A DNA stretch of 64,000 nt from an uncultured Bacteroidales bacterium (GTDB lineage Bacteria > Bacteroidota > Bacteroidia > Bacteroidales > ML635J-15), in contig CALJNE010000009.1 of assembly GCA_937982115.1 (NCBI GenBank), positions 24,582-88,581 of the forward strand. Reading direction: 5' to 3'. A program made the translations under genes and the position numbers. This document shows positions 18,791 to 29,258 of this stretch, piece after piece. Numbering within the stretch: position 1 is the first letter of the stretch; every line of letters starts with the position of its first letter. The notes under the pieces were generated by a model, which did no database searches, had not been told where the DNA came from, and saw only the letters and a program-made list of their open reading frames with translations.

Positions 18791-20128
18791 ATGGCAAAGA
18801 ATGTAATTATTATTGGAGCAGCGGGAAGAGATTTCCACAATTTCAACACTTACTACCGCAACAACCCGGATTATAGAGTTGTAGCTTTCACAGCAGCACA
18901 AATTCCTGACATTGATGGCAGAAAATATCCGGCAGAATTGGCAGGAGAACTTTATCCGGCAGGAATTCCAATTTATGCACAAGAAGATTTACCAAAATTA
19001 ATTAAAGAATTAGACGCTGATGAATGCGTATTCTCTTATAGCGATGTTCCCTACCAATACGTAATGAATTTAGGGGCTTTAGTTAATGCTAATGGAGCCA
19101 ACTTTACACTATTAGGTCCGAAAAGAACACAATTAAAATCAACAAAACCGGTTATTGCTGTTGGAGCTGTTCGTACTGGTTGTGGTAAATCACAAACTTC
19201 AAGACGTATTATTGAACTTTTAATGGAAGCCGGACTTAAAGTTGTTGCTGTTCGTCACCCAATGCCTTATGGTGATTTAGTAGCACAAAAAGTTCAACGT
19301 TTTGCCTCTGTGGAAGATTTAGCAAAACACAAATGTACAATCGAAGAAATGGAAGAATACGAACCACACGTAACTCGTGGTAACGTAATTTATGCAGGGG
19401 TTGACTATGAAGCAATTCTTCGTGCTGCTGAAAACGATCCCGATGGTTGTGATGTTATTTTATGGGACGGTGGAAATAACGATTTCCCATTCTTCAAACC
19501 GGATTTAATGGTTACTGTTGTTGACCCACACAGACCAGGTCATGAATTAACTTATTATCCAGGTGAAGTTACTTTAAGACTTGCTGACATTGTTGTTATT
19601 AACAAAATGGATTCTGCAGGTCCTGAAGCAATTCAAATTGTACGCGAAAACATTGCTAAAGTTAATCCTAATGCTGCAGTTGTTGATGGAGCTTCTCCAT
19701 TATCAATTGACAAACCCGAACTTATTAAAGGTAAAAAAGTATTAGTTGTTGAAGACGGTCCAACATTAACTCATGGTGAAATGAAAATTGGTGCCGGTGT
19801 TGTTGCTGCAAGAAAATGTGGTGCTGCAGAACTCGTTGACCCAAGACCTTATGTTGTTGGTAAATTAGCCGAAACTTTCAGAATTTATCCTAACATCGGT
19901 ACATTATTGCCGGCAATGGGCTATGGCGAACAACAAGTTAAAGACCTCGAACGCACTATTGCAAATACTCCTTGTGATGCTGTTGTTATTGCAACTCCGA
20001 TTGATCTTAACAGAATCGTTAAGATTGACAAACCTACCGTAAAAGTTGGTTACGATTTGCAAGAAATCGGCACTCCAAATCTCAAAATGTTCATTGATGA
20101 ATTTGTTGCTAAATACGTAAAAAAGTAA
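18791..20128 (+). CDS. COG2403-type P-loop protein (cyclic 2,3-diphosphoglycerate synthetase-like / predicted GTPase)
   Basis: 445 aa. N-terminus IIIGAAGRDFHNFN, Walker A GAVRTGCGKSQT and a NKMD-like INKMD motif. The family call is from memory of the COG2403 architecture. Confidence 0.6.
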   Translation: MAKNVIIIGAAGRDFHNFNTYYRNNPDYRVVAFTAAQIPDIDGRKYPAELAGELYPAGIPIYAQEDLPKLIKELDADECVFSYSDVPYQYVMNLGALVNANGANFTLLGPKRTQLKSTKPVIAVGAVRTGCGKSQTSRRIIELLMEAGLKVVAVRHPMPYGDLVAQKVQRFASVEDLAKHKCTIEEMEEYEPHVTRGNVIYAGVDYEAILRAAENDPDGCDVILWDGGNNDFPFFKPDLMVTVVDPHRPGHELTYYPGEVTLRLADIVVINKMDSAGPEAIQIVRENIAKVNPNAAVVDGASPLSIDKPELIKGKKVLVVEDGPTLTHGEMKIGAGVVAARKCGAAELVDPRPYVVGKLAETFRIYPNIGTLLPAMGYGEQQVKDLERTIANTPCDAVVIATPIDLNRIVKIDKPTVKVGYDLQEIGTPNLKMFIDEFVAKYVKK

Positions 20129-20151
20129 TCCTTTAACACATAATTTTAAAA

Positions 20152-20177
20152 AGCCCTTCATTCGGAGGGCTTTTTTA
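20152..20177 (+). terminator. Rho-independent terminator
   Basis: Stem agcccttc/ggagggct around tetraloop attc, then T6. Confidence 0.75.
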
Positions 20178-20199
20178 TTTAAAATTCCCTAATTTATTT

Positions 20200-20207
20200 T
20201 ATCTTTG
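20200..20207 (+). promoter_or_regulatory. -7 box TAnnTTTG upstream of lepA
   Basis: tatctttg lies 19 nt before ATG 20226. Confidence 0.45.
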
Positions 20208-20225
20208 CGGCAATTTTTAACTAAT

Positions 20226-22013
20226 ATGAAGAATATAAGAAACTTTTGCATAATTGCCCACATAGATCACGGTAAAAGTACTCTTGCCGATCGTTTATTG
20301 CAAGAAACCAAAACTATTGACGAAAGAAAATTTCAGGATCAGGTTCTCGATAATATGGATCTTGAAAGAGAACGAGGCATTACCATTAAAAGTCATGCTA
20401 TTCAAATGGAGTATATTTATAATGATGAAAAATATATTTTAAACCTTATTGATACTCCCGGGCATGTTGACTTTTCATACGAAGTAAGTCGTTCTATTGC
20501 TGCATGCGAAGGTGCGTTACTTATTGTTGATGCTACTCAAGGAGTTCAAGCTCAAACTATTTCTGTACTGTACCAAGCAATTGACAATAATCTTGAAATA
20601 ATTCCAATAGTAAATAAGATTGACCTCGACGCTGCTATGGTTGAAGATACCGAAGATCAGATAATTGACTTAATCGGTTGTAAACGCGAAGAAATCATTC
20701 ATGCAAGCGGAAAAACAGGTTTTGGCGTAGAGGAAATCTTAAAAGCTATTATTGAACGTATTCCTCCACCTTTTGGCGATGAAAATACTCCGCTCGAAGC
20801 ACTGATTTTTGACTCCGTTTTTAATTCTTATCGGGGAGTTATTGCTTATTTCAGAATTTTTAACGGCACACTAAGAGTTAAAGACCATGTAAAGTTTTTT
20901 AATACCGGAAGCGATTATCACGCAGATGAAATCGGAATTTTAAAACTTGGATACCAACCGCGAGATGTTTTAAAAGCCGGTGATGTAGGATATATAATCT
21001 CAGGAATAAAATCTGCTGCCGAAGTCAAAGTCGGTGATACAATAACTCACGTTGAACGCCCGTGCGAAAAAGCTATTGAAGGTTTTTCTGAAGTTAAACC
21101 TATGCTTTTTGCCGGTATATATCCGGTTGATGCTGATGACTATGAAGAACTGCGAGCATCTCTGGAAAGATTGCAATTAAATGATGCATCCCTTACATTT
21201 GTTCCTGAATCTTCTGCAGCTCTTGGTTTTGGATTTCGCTGCGGATTCCTTGGACTATTACACATGGAAATCGTACAGGAACGCCTCGACCGCGAATTCG
21301 ATATGGATGTAATAACTACTGTACCGAACGTTCAATATCTAGCATATACCACAAAAGGAGAATGTATAGAAGTCCATAACCCATCGGGAATGCCTGCTCC
21401 TAATCACCTCGACAGGGTCGAAGAACCTTATATTAAAGGTACGGTTATCACCAGATCAGAATATGTAGGTTCTATTATAAAACTTTGTCTTGATAAACGC
21501 GGAACTTTATTAAACCAAATATATTTAAGTACAGATAGAGTAGAATTAACTTTTGATTTACCCTTGGGCGAAATAGTATTTGATTTTTACGACAAACTAA
21601 AAAGCATTTCGAGAGGCTATGCATCTTTCGACTATCACCATTCCGGGTATAAAGAATCAAAACTTGTTCGCCTGGACATATTACTCAACGGAGATATGGT
21701 TGATGCTCTCTCCACCCTTACCCATGTTAATAACGCATACAATTTCGGGAGGAGAATGTGTGAAAAACTTAGGGAGTTGATCCCAAGACAACAGTTTGAT
21801 GTTGCAATTCAAGCTGCTATAGGCAGTAAAATCATTGCCCGCGAAACAGTTAAAGCTCTTCGTAAGGATGTTACTGCTAAATGTTATGGAGGTGATATTA
21901 CCCGTAAACGTAAATTGCTCGAAAAACAGAAAAAAGGTAAAAAACGAATGAGACAAATTGGTAATGTCGAAGTACCTCAATCAGCATTCTTAGCAGTATT
22001 ACGACTCGACTAA
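20226..22013 (+). CDS. lepA: Translation elongation factor 4 (LepA)
   Basis: Motifs [28 protein letters not shown] and NKID, plus the LepA-specific C-terminus ([18 protein letters not shown]). Confidence 0.95.
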   Translation: MKNIRNFCIIAHIDHGKSTLADRLLQETKTIDERKFQDQVLDNMDLERERGITIKSHAIQMEYIYNDEKYILNLIDTPGHVDFSYEVSRSIAACEGALLIVDATQGVQAQTISVLYQAIDNNLEIIPIVNKIDLDAAMVEDTEDQIIDLIGCKREEIIHASGKTGFGVEEILKAIIERIPPPFGDENTPLEALIFDSVFNSYRGVIAYFRIFNGTLRVKDHVKFFNTGSDYHADEIGILKLGYQPRDVLKAGDVGYIISGIKSAAEVKVGDTITHVERPCEKAIEGFSEVKPMLFAGIYPVDADDYEELRASLERLQLNDASLTFVPESSAALGFGFRCGFLGLLHMEIVQERLDREFDMDVITTVPNVQYLAYTTKGECIEVHNPSGMPAPNHLDRVEEPYIKGTVITRSEYVGSIIKLCLDKRGTLLNQIYLSTDRVELTFDLPLGEIVFDFYDKLKSISRGYASFDYHHSGYKESKLVRLDILLNGDMVDALSTLTHVNNAYNFGRRMCEKLRELIPRQQFDVAIQAAIGSKIIARETVKALRKDVTAKCYGGDITRKRKLLEKQKKGKKRMRQIGNVEVPQSAFLAVLRLD

Positions 22014-22022
22014 ATTACTGCC

Positions 22023-23162
22023 TTAATTATTTTTATTTTTTAGAGCTTCTTTCAACATTGCGAGTTCTGATTTCGATTGTGATGAAGCTGATGAATTTTC
22101 CTGTGCTCTGCGAATTAAATAAGGAATTACCTTATTTACAGGTCCGTAAGGAATGTATTTCGCAACATTAAAGCCTTCAGAAGCCAGAACAAAACTAATG
22201 TTATCACGCATACCGTATAACTGACTAAAAAATACTCTCTCATCAGAAGGCAAAATTTTCAAAGTATCCATCAAAGAAATTAAATACAGAGTTGATTCTT
22301 CATTATGAGTTGCACAAAAAATATTTATCCGATTAATATTATTTACAGCAAATTTTAGTGCAGAATTATATGCATTGTCCGTTTCTTCTTTAGTTTTATA
22401 AATTGGATCAGGATAATTAAATTTTTTTGCCATTGCCCTTTCTTTTTCCATATATGCACCACGAACAAACTTAATTCCAAGAATAAAATCATTTTTTTCT
22501 GCTTCGGCGAGCAAAAACTTTAAGTAATCCAATCTATCTGTTCTATACATCTGTAAAGTAGTAAATACAGCAGGGAAAGACTTGTTGTAAAGTTTCATAA
22601 AATCCAGCAGAGTATCGTCAATTTTTTGTTGATATTCAAAATCTTCGGCATCAACAAGTACCCTCACATTTAATTCACGAGCATAACTAAAAATTTTATG
22701 TAGTCGTTCGATAAATTTTTTAAATTCAGGATTTTGAGTATCAGCATCTTTTGTCAAAAGTTTTGGATTTACCAAACCGGTTGGTTTAAAAACGGCAAAC
22801 GGAATACAAGGATTATTGTGAGCGATTTTTATAGTTTTAAGTATTTCATTTTCGAGTTTAGCAAAAGATTCTTCATCAGCCTGTCCTTCAACGGAATAGT
22901 CAGGAATACTTTTCACTCCATATTTTGACAACTTTTCAGATAAAGCAATTACCTCATCCAGACTTTCTCCCCCGCAAAAGTGTTTATAAATATTTGCAGT
23001 AAAAGGATTAAGCGGCAATTTCAAGCTTTGAGCTATTTTCACCAGACTACTTCCAAGACTCACTAAGAAAGGGCTTGTGATAATTTTAAAGACTATTAAA
23101 GAATTTCTCAATTCTTTCTTTGATTTGTATCTATATGCAAGATCAAAATTTTGAAAATTCAT
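22023..23162 (-). CDS. Proline dehydrogenase family protein
   Basis: 379 aa. TIM-barrel PutA-type features (VLVDAEDFEYQ, VRGAYMEKER, QLYGMRD, YIPYGPV..PYLIRRAQEN). Confidence 0.7.
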   Translation of the reverse strand: MNFQNFDLAYRYKSKKELRNSLIVFKIITSPFLVSLGSSLVKIAQSLKLPLNPFTANIYKHFCGGESLDEVIALSEKLSKYGVKSIPDYSVEGQADEESFAKLENEILKTIKIAHNNPCIPFAVFKPTGLVNPKLLTKDADTQNPEFKKFIERLHKIFSYARELNVRVLVDAEDFEYQQKIDDTLLDFMKLYNKSFPAVFTTLQMYRTDRLDYLKFLLAEAEKNDFILGIKFVRGAYMEKERAMAKKFNYPDPIYKTKEETDNAYNSALKFAVNNINRINIFCATHNEESTLYLISLMDTLKILPSDERVFFSQLYGMRDNISFVLASEGFNVAKYIPYGPVNKVIPYLIRRAQENSSASSQSKSELAMLKEALKNKNN

Positions 23163-23204
23163 TTTAGTAGATTTTCCTCCAAAACAAAATTCTATATTAA
23201 AAGT

Positions 23205-24266
23205 TTAGTCGTTTTTTGTATTAAGGTGAACAACACGTTGTGGGAAAGGAATCTGAACATTATTTTCTCTAAACAACTTATCAATCTGGAAACGGATATC
23301 GCTTTTAGTTTTTTCTATTCTGAAATTATTTTGAGAATAAAAGAATAATCGAAACTGTAAAGCAGAATCAGCAAAATCAATGAATTGCACAGATGGAGGA
23401 ATCTCTTCAGAAACATCAGGAGATGATTTTGCTGCTTTAATAAGAAGAGATTCAACTAATCTTACATCACTGCCATAAGCAACCCCAACATCTATATAAT
23501 GACGAGTAACAGGGCTGTTAAGAGTCCAATTAATAATATTCTCAACAATGAATCTACTATTAGGCACAATTATTTCGACATCATTTCGAGTTATTAAAAC
23601 AGAAGACCTTAATCTTATTTTTGTAACCCTGCCAATAAGCCCGTTATTTAATTCAACAATGTCTCCCACTTTTATTGTTCGTTCAAATAAAATAAGAAAT
23701 CCTGAAACTAAATCTTTAAAAACATCCTGAATACCAAAACCTAAACCAATAAAAAGTGCTGATAACGAGGCAATTAATATGGTTACATTAAATCCTAAAG
23801 ATTCAACAAAAATGGTTATTGCAATTACATAAATAAAGTATCTTGCAATCAAATAAAAACTGTGAGCTTTGCCTTTTTCGAAATCTTCGTTTTTGTACTT
23901 TTTATTAAAACTAAACTCCAATAATATTATCAACACCTTGGTACCAACAATTATCAAATACAAAATCAACAAATGGTACAGAAATATTTTAACATTTTGA
24001 GTTGATATGATTTTTATGTTTAAAATCCTTTTGAAGTTGAAGCCTAAGGCTTCTGACAAGGATAATATTCCAAGGAAGAATATTAAAGCAAAAAAGAAAT
24101 TTGATAAGATTCGAGAATTTTTTATTCCCAAAACTGTCATGATTTTTTTCCGTCTAAAAAACAATTTGTTAATATAATTCAAAAAAAACATTGCAAATAG
24201 TGAGATTGTCGCCAGAACTATTTGCGTAATAGTAAAAGTTTTATTAAAAATTTCGATATCACTCAT
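23205..24266 (-). CDS. Mechanosensitive ion channel family protein (MscS-type)
   Basis: 353 aa. N-terminal TM helices are followed by the MscS beta-domain motif (FKDLVSGFLILFERTIKVGDIVEL). Confidence 0.8.
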   Translation of the reverse strand: MSDIEIFNKTFTITQIVLATISLFAMFFLNYINKLFFRRKKIMTVLGIKNSRILSNFFFALIFFLGILSLSEALGFNFKRILNIKIISTQNVKIFLYHLLILYLIIVGTKVLIILLEFSFNKKYKNEDFEKGKAHSFYLIARYFIYVIAITIFVESLGFNVTILIASLSALFIGLGFGIQDVFKDLVSGFLILFERTIKVGDIVELNNGLIGRVTKIRLRSSVLITRNDVEIIVPNSRFIVENIINWTLNSPVTRHYIDVGVAYGSDVRLVESLLIKAAKSSPDVSEEIPPSVQFIDFADSALQFRLFFYSQNNFRIEKTKSDIRFQIDKLFRENNVQIPFPQRVVHLNTKND

Positions 24267-25357
24267 TTTACTTTATTTTCGTTTTTATAAAACTCGGCAG
24301 TAATACAATAATGGTCAGACAAATCCTCTCTAATAATCTTATGAGAATAACAATCGAACTTTGACGGATTATAAAAAATATAATCAATCCTGAACTTCAA
24401 TCCTGCTGCTTCCCAGGTATAACCCGGCATTTTTCCACGTCTGATATAGGTATCTTTTAGCCCTCTTGATAATTTAACATGTGTATTTGAAAGCGGAAAA
24501 TCATTAAAATCACCACATAAAAAAATCGGATATAAGGTAGTATCCATAACCTGGCGTATAATATCTACCTGTTCTTGTTTCTTTATTGCCGAACGAAAAT
24601 ACTTTTTTAGAATTCTTTTATCAATTTTATTTTCAGAAGAAATATCTTTTAATGTTTCGTAATCACTTTCATCAAACTGAAGTGATTCCAGATGACAATT
24701 AAAGACTCTGACCGTATCATAGTTAATAATGATATCTGCAAACATAAATCCATTATAAGATTTTTCGAAACGGTGCTTATAAGTGTTTATCACAGGAAAC
24801 CGTGTCAAAACAGCCAAACCGTAATTATCTTTTTTGTCTTCTCCCTGCAAAATAGAAAAACTGACTTCATTCTTTAGATTAAGTAGATTTTTAATTTCTG
24901 ATATTGTTTTAAACTCTTTATTAATAGTATGCCAATATGCTTCCTGCAAACAAATAATATCAGGCTTTTCCTCAGTTATCAATTTTATGATATTGGTTTT
25001 TAGTTCCAGATTTTTTTTCCAATTATACAAGCCAAAGTTAGAAACATTATAGCTCATTATTTTAAATTCAGGTTCTTTTTGAGGACTTGAAAAGTATGAC
25101 TCAACTGGAATAACCATCAAAACATATTCAATTCCTAAAATAATTGGCAAAACAGAAATTGTTGAGTATTTCCAATTGATAAATAGCCAAAAAACAATAA
25201 AAAAAACATTGACGACAAACAAAATAATAAAAATAAAAGGGATAATGATACTCAAATGTTTTATCCCGCCAATATTTAAGGATACATAAGAAAGCAACAA
25301 TGAAACTGAAAAAACAATGTTGATAATAAGTAAAGTTATTTTTAACAACTTTTTCAT
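24263..25357 (-). CDS. Membrane-anchored endonuclease/exonuclease/phosphatase (EEP) family protein
   Basis: Three N-terminal TM segments followed by EEP motifs (MSYNV, DIICLQE, GDFND, SDH). Confidence 0.75.
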   Translation of the reverse strand: MKKLLKITLLIINIVFSVSLLLSYVSLNIGGIKHLSIIIPFIFIILFVVNVFFIVFWLFINWKYSTISVLPIILGIEYVLMVIPVESYFSSPQKEPEFKIMSYNVSNFGLYNWKKNLELKTNIIKLITEEKPDIICLQEAYWHTINKEFKTISEIKNLLNLKNEVSFSILQGEDKKDNYGLAVLTRFPVINTYKHRFEKSYNGFMFADIIINYDTVRVFNCHLESLQFDESDYETLKDISSENKIDKRILKKYFRSAIKKQEQVDIIRQVMDTTLYPIFLCGDFNDFPLSNTHVKLSRGLKDTYIRRGKMPGYTWEAAGLKFRIDYIFYNPSKFDCYSHKIIREDLSDHYCITAEFYKNENKVK

Positions 25358-26250
25358 TTTCGATTACTCATATTAAAAAGTTTTACTTTTTCTTCATCAC
25401 TTAAACTTTCATAACCGGATCGGGAAATTTTTTCAAGGATAGCATTAATTTCTTCTTGTTCGGCTTTTTTTCTTGCATTATATTCCCCATCAGTTTCGTA
25501 TCTTGCTTGTTTTTTGGTATTATTTACCTTAATACGTAACTTCTTTTGAGGAATAAAAAATTCTTTAATTCCATAAATTAATCGTGATAGCCAGATAGTA
25601 ATGTCTGTCCCGTTTCGATAAAAATATACAAACAATGCTCCCGAAAAAGCACCGCCGATATGAGCGATATGTCCTCCTGCATTACTTAATGGGATGCTCA
25701 CCAAATCAAGTACAATAAATGCAAAAGCAATATATTTTAATTTCACTTCGCCAAAAAACAAAAGGTAAACAGTTTGATTAGGAACCAAAAGAGCTATACT
25801 AAAAACTACAGCCATAACAGAAGCTGATGCTCCAATAGCAATAGAAATTTCGGAATATTTTGCAAAAACAGGAATCAGATTAAAGGCTGCTATGTAAAAC
25901 AAAGCTCCGCAAAGCCCTCCAATAATGTATATACTCAACAATTGGCGTTGTGAAAAATACATCAGGAACATTCTTGCAAACCAATAAAAGGCAAGCAAAT
26001 TAAACAAAATATGCAGAAAATTTTCATGAGTGAACATGTAAGAGATTATTGTCCAGGGCTTAACTATAAGGGTGTTCAAGTCGGCAGGAACAGCAAACCA
26101 ATGAATTATTTCGATTGGATTTTCACCGATAATAAAATAAATAAGCTCGATAAGTTTGATAGCAATAAACACTATCAAATTAAGATAGATAAGAATATTA
26201 AAGTTATTCTTCGTTTTCCAGCTATATTTGAATTCTTGTGCAAAGTTCAT
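25354..26250 (-). CDS. Rhomboid family intramembrane serine protease
   Basis: Motifs HxxxxHxxxN (HENFLHILFN), GASASVMAV (catalytic Ser) and HIAHIGG (catalytic His), plus a charged C-terminal tail. Confidence 0.8.
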   Translation of the reverse strand: MNFAQEFKYSWKTKNNFNILIYLNLIVFIAIKLIELIYFIIGENPIEIIHWFAVPADLNTLIVKPWTIISYMFTHENFLHILFNLLAFYWFARMFLMYFSQRQLLSIYIIGGLCGALFYIAAFNLIPVFAKYSEISIAIGASASVMAVVFSIALLVPNQTVYLLFFGEVKLKYIAFAFIVLDLVSIPLSNAGGHIAHIGGAFSGALFVYFYRNGTDITIWLSRLIYGIKEFFIPQKKLRIKVNNTKKQARYETDGEYNARKKAEQEEINAILEKISRSGYESLSDEEKVKLFNMSNRK

Positions 26251-26251
26251 T

Positions 26252-26983
26252 TTAATTCCATCTGTTATAATCGAATTTTCCCCAAATTAAAATAAATATT
26301 AGCCCGAAAAGCATACCTCCAAGATGAGCAAAATGAGCAATATTATCGCCCGCTCTGTTGAGGAATCCGAGATATAATTCAATAGCCATGAAAATTAAAA
26401 CAAGATATTTTGCTTTCATAGGTATAGCAAAATAAACATAAACTACAGCATTGGGAAACAACATTCCAAAAGCCAGCAATAAACCGTAAATTGCACCTGA
26501 TGCCCCTACTGTCGGAGTATTAAGCATAAGATTCAAATCCCTCATTTGAGGATCTACAAAATTACGACCTGTCAGTAAAGCCTGTGCCCCTTGACTAAAA
26601 ACCAAATCTATTTTTTTGGGCGTCATTTGAGACATTAGAATATTCATTTCTACGCTCATTACAGTCATGTGGATTAGTGCAGCTCCAATTCCTGTAACAA
26701 AATAATAAATAAAAAACCTTTTGGGACCCCATACTTCTTCGAGAATTCTGCCAAACATGTACAGTGCAAACATATTAAAGAATAAGTGCCAGAAATCTCC
26801 ATGCATAAACATGTGAGTTATAAACTGAAATGGACGGAAAAACTCCGATTTGTAATTAAAAATAGCAAGGTGCATTACTAATTCCGGAAATATCATTCTT
26901 AAAAAAAAGAACAAAATATTTAAACCTAATAAGGTTTGAACCACCGGGGGTAAATCAAAAAATCCTCTTCGTTGATAGAACAT
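26252..26983 (-). CDS. Rhomboid family intramembrane serine protease
   Basis: Motifs HGDFWHLFFN, GASGAIYG and AHFAHLGG. Confidence 0.8.
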   Translation of the reverse strand: MFYQRRGFFDLPPVVQTLLGLNILFFFLRMIFPELVMHLAIFNYKSEFFRPFQFITHMFMHGDFWHLFFNMFALYMFGRILEEVWGPKRFFIYYFVTGIGAALIHMTVMSVEMNILMSQMTPKKIDLVFSQGAQALLTGRNFVDPQMRDLNLMLNTPTVGASGAIYGLLLAFGMLFPNAVVYVYFAIPMKAKYLVLIFMAIELYLGFLNRAGDNIAHFAHLGGMLFGLIFILIWGKFDYNRWN

Positions 26984-26986
26984 AAT

Positions 26987-28825
26987 TTAATAATTTAATT
27001 TTTTTTCAATTTCCTCTGAGCTCAATATTTCGATAATTTTTTTTCCATCGGGAGTATGATTGTGATTTTTACAACTCATAAGATCATAAAAAAGTGTTTG
27101 CATTTCGTTTTCGGAAAGAATTCTGTTGGTTTTTGAAGCTGCTGCTTTCGAAAGTGCCAGAGCAATTTTTTCGTTTAGCACAAATTTAGGATCCGCTGAA
27201 ACTTCTGCCATAACGTAAATCATATCTCTCACCAACTCTACGGGATTCATATCTGTAAGTTCTCCAGGTATCCCTTGAATCTCGCACTTATCAGTTCCTT
27301 TTAAAACAATCAGAAATCCTATGTTGTTCAATTCGATTATTATTTCCATCAAAATTGCTCTTTCCTCAGGGCTTGGTTCGTATATTACAGGGAATAAAGT
27401 TTTCTGGCAGACAGCTTTACGTGTCTCTAACAAGAGCATAAATTTTTCAAATAATATTCGTTCAAGTGCTCTGTCCTGGTCAATAATCATCATCCCGGAC
27501 TTCACGGATGTTATGATATATTTTTGTTTTATCTGTAAAAATTTATTCTGGACTTTTTCGTCATTTGTTATACTCTCTAAATTTATTTTTGTTTGAGTAT
27601 CATCCTGAGTATCATATCCCGGTAAGTAAAAATCATCAGGGTTCTTTTCAATCTCGGAATTAGCCGTGTATAGTTTTTCCCAGTTTCTCGGAACAGGATT
27701 TCGTTTGTAAGTATTTTCTTTACCAAAAGGATTATAATCCGGATTTACTGTTATTGTTGGTGGCTTAAATTCGGTTTTTGATGTTAAATGAACATCTCTT
27801 GTAATGTCTTCTTCAAATTCCAGTGGGGGAACAATCGAAAATTTTCCGAGACTTTCTTTTACAGCAGCATGCAGAATAGGAAAGATGGAGTTTTCGTCTT
27901 CAAATTTTATTTCAGTCTTGGTGGGATGAATATTCACATCAATTCCGGAGGGATCAGTTTCGAAGAATATGAAAAAAGACGAATATTCTCCTTCGGGAAT
28001 TAGTTTTTCGTAAGCATTCTGAACAGCTTTTCTGAAATAAGGATGTATCATAAATCTGTTATTAACAAAGAAAAACTGTTCGTTTGTGGTTTTTCGTGTT
28101 CTATCAGGTTTCCCGATGTATCCGTAAATTTTAATTATTGATGTATCTACATTTATCTGTATTAAACTATTTAATATGCTTTTCCCGAAAATTGCGGCGA
28201 TTCGTTGTTTTAGTTGTTCGGGTTTTAAGTTTAGTTCTACATTACCATTATTAATTAATTCAAAAGCAATTTCGGGATAAGCTAAAGCAACTCTATGTAT
28301 TTCGTTTAAGATATGTTTATATTCTACCTGATCTGATTTAAGGAATTTTCTTCTGGCAGGGATGTTGAAAAAAATATTTTTAACGCTAAAACTTGCTCCG
28401 GCAGGACATGATACCGGTTCCTGACTTTTTACTTCTGAACCGGAAATTACAATATGAGTACCGATTTCGTCCTCAGGGCGGCGGGTTTTTAATTCAACAG
28501 TAGCAACAGCAGCAATAGAAGCCAGAGCTTCGCCTCTGAAGCCCATAGTGCGAATTTTGAAAAGATCCTCGGCACTGGAAATTTTTGATGTGGCATGTCG
28601 TTCAAAACACATTCTGGCATCAATTGGAGTCATGCCTTTTCCATTGTCAAAAACCTGAATAAGGGTTTTTCCGGCATCTTTTATTATTATTTTTATTTCT
28701 TTAGCACCGGCATCTATTGCATTTTCAACTAATTCCTTAACAACAGAAGCCGGGCGTTGAACGACCTCCCCTGCAGCTATCTGATTAGCAACGGAATCCG
28801 GCAATAACTTAACTACATCCGACAT
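26987..28825 (-). CDS. mutL: DNA mismatch repair endonuclease MutL
   Basis: N-terminus LPDSVANQIAAGEVVQRPASVVKELVENAIDAG, then GFRGEAL; 612 aa. Confidence 0.95.
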   Translation of the reverse strand: MSDVVKLLPDSVANQIAAGEVVQRPASVVKELVENAIDAGAKEIKIIIKDAGKTLIQVFDNGKGMTPIDARMCFERHATSKISSAEDLFKIRTMGFRGEALASIAAVATVELKTRRPEDEIGTHIVISGSEVKSQEPVSCPAGASFSVKNIFFNIPARRKFLKSDQVEYKHILNEIHRVALAYPEIAFELINNGNVELNLKPEQLKQRIAAIFGKSILNSLIQINVDTSIIKIYGYIGKPDRTRKTTNEQFFFVNNRFMIHPYFRKAVQNAYEKLIPEGEYSSFFIFFETDPSGIDVNIHPTKTEIKFEDENSIFPILHAAVKESLGKFSIVPPLEFEEDITRDVHLTSKTEFKPPTITVNPDYNPFGKENTYKRNPVPRNWEKLYTANSEIEKNPDDFYLPGYDTQDDTQTKINLESITNDEKVQNKFLQIKQKYIITSVKSGMMIIDQDRALERILFEKFMLLLETRKAVCQKTLFPVIYEPSPEERAILMEIIIELNNIGFLIVLKGTDKCEIQGIPGELTDMNPVELVRDMIYVMAEVSADPKFVLNEKIALALSKAAASKTNRILSENEMQTLFYDLMSCKNHNHTPDGKKIIEILSSEEIEKKLNY

Positions 28826-29151
28826 TATTTCATAAATAATTTAATCAACGAAGAAAAATCTGCAATTAAAATTATATAAGCCATAAAAAGCAGGAATATG
28901 GTAATTACAATTAATCTCAAAGTTCTATTTCTGTCACGATATGATCGTCTTTTGATTTTAGGACGAAAGTTGCCTTTTATTAAGCTCCCGGGTTTATATT
29001 CTTCCTCTGCATTATCATATAAAGGTTCTTTCCCCTGACTAACCCGAAGTTCGTTAAGTTTTTCACGGCGTTCTTCTTTTTCCGGATCGTAAAATCTGGG
29101 TTTATAATCAAAAACATTATGCGAAGGCAATCTAAAAAAGCTAAATCCCAT
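28825..29151 (-). CDS. Small hypothetical membrane-anchored protein
   Basis: ORF with ATG at 29151 (MGFSFFRLPSHNVFDYKPRFYDPEKEERREKL...) and a single C-terminal TM segment. Its stop overlaps the mutL start. Confidence 0.4.
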   Translation of the reverse strand: MGFSFFRLPSHNVFDYKPRFYDPEKEERREKLNELRVSQGKEPLYDNAEEEYKPGSLIKGNFRPKIKRRSYRDRNRTLRLIVITIFLLFMAYIILIADFSSLIKLFMK

Positions 29152-29209
29152 ATTTATTTTTTTTACAAAAATACCATTTTCAAACGAAAGTTTCAAAAAT
29201 CATTCAAAT

Positions 29210-29234
29210 AAAAAAGGCTGCCTAATTGACAGCC
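29210..29234 (-). terminator. Rho-independent terminator after lipoprotein gene
   Basis: The minus strand reads ggctg-tcaattagg-cagcc followed by T6. Confidence 0.55.
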
Positions 29235-29258
29235 CTTTCCATTATTATACTTTATTTA

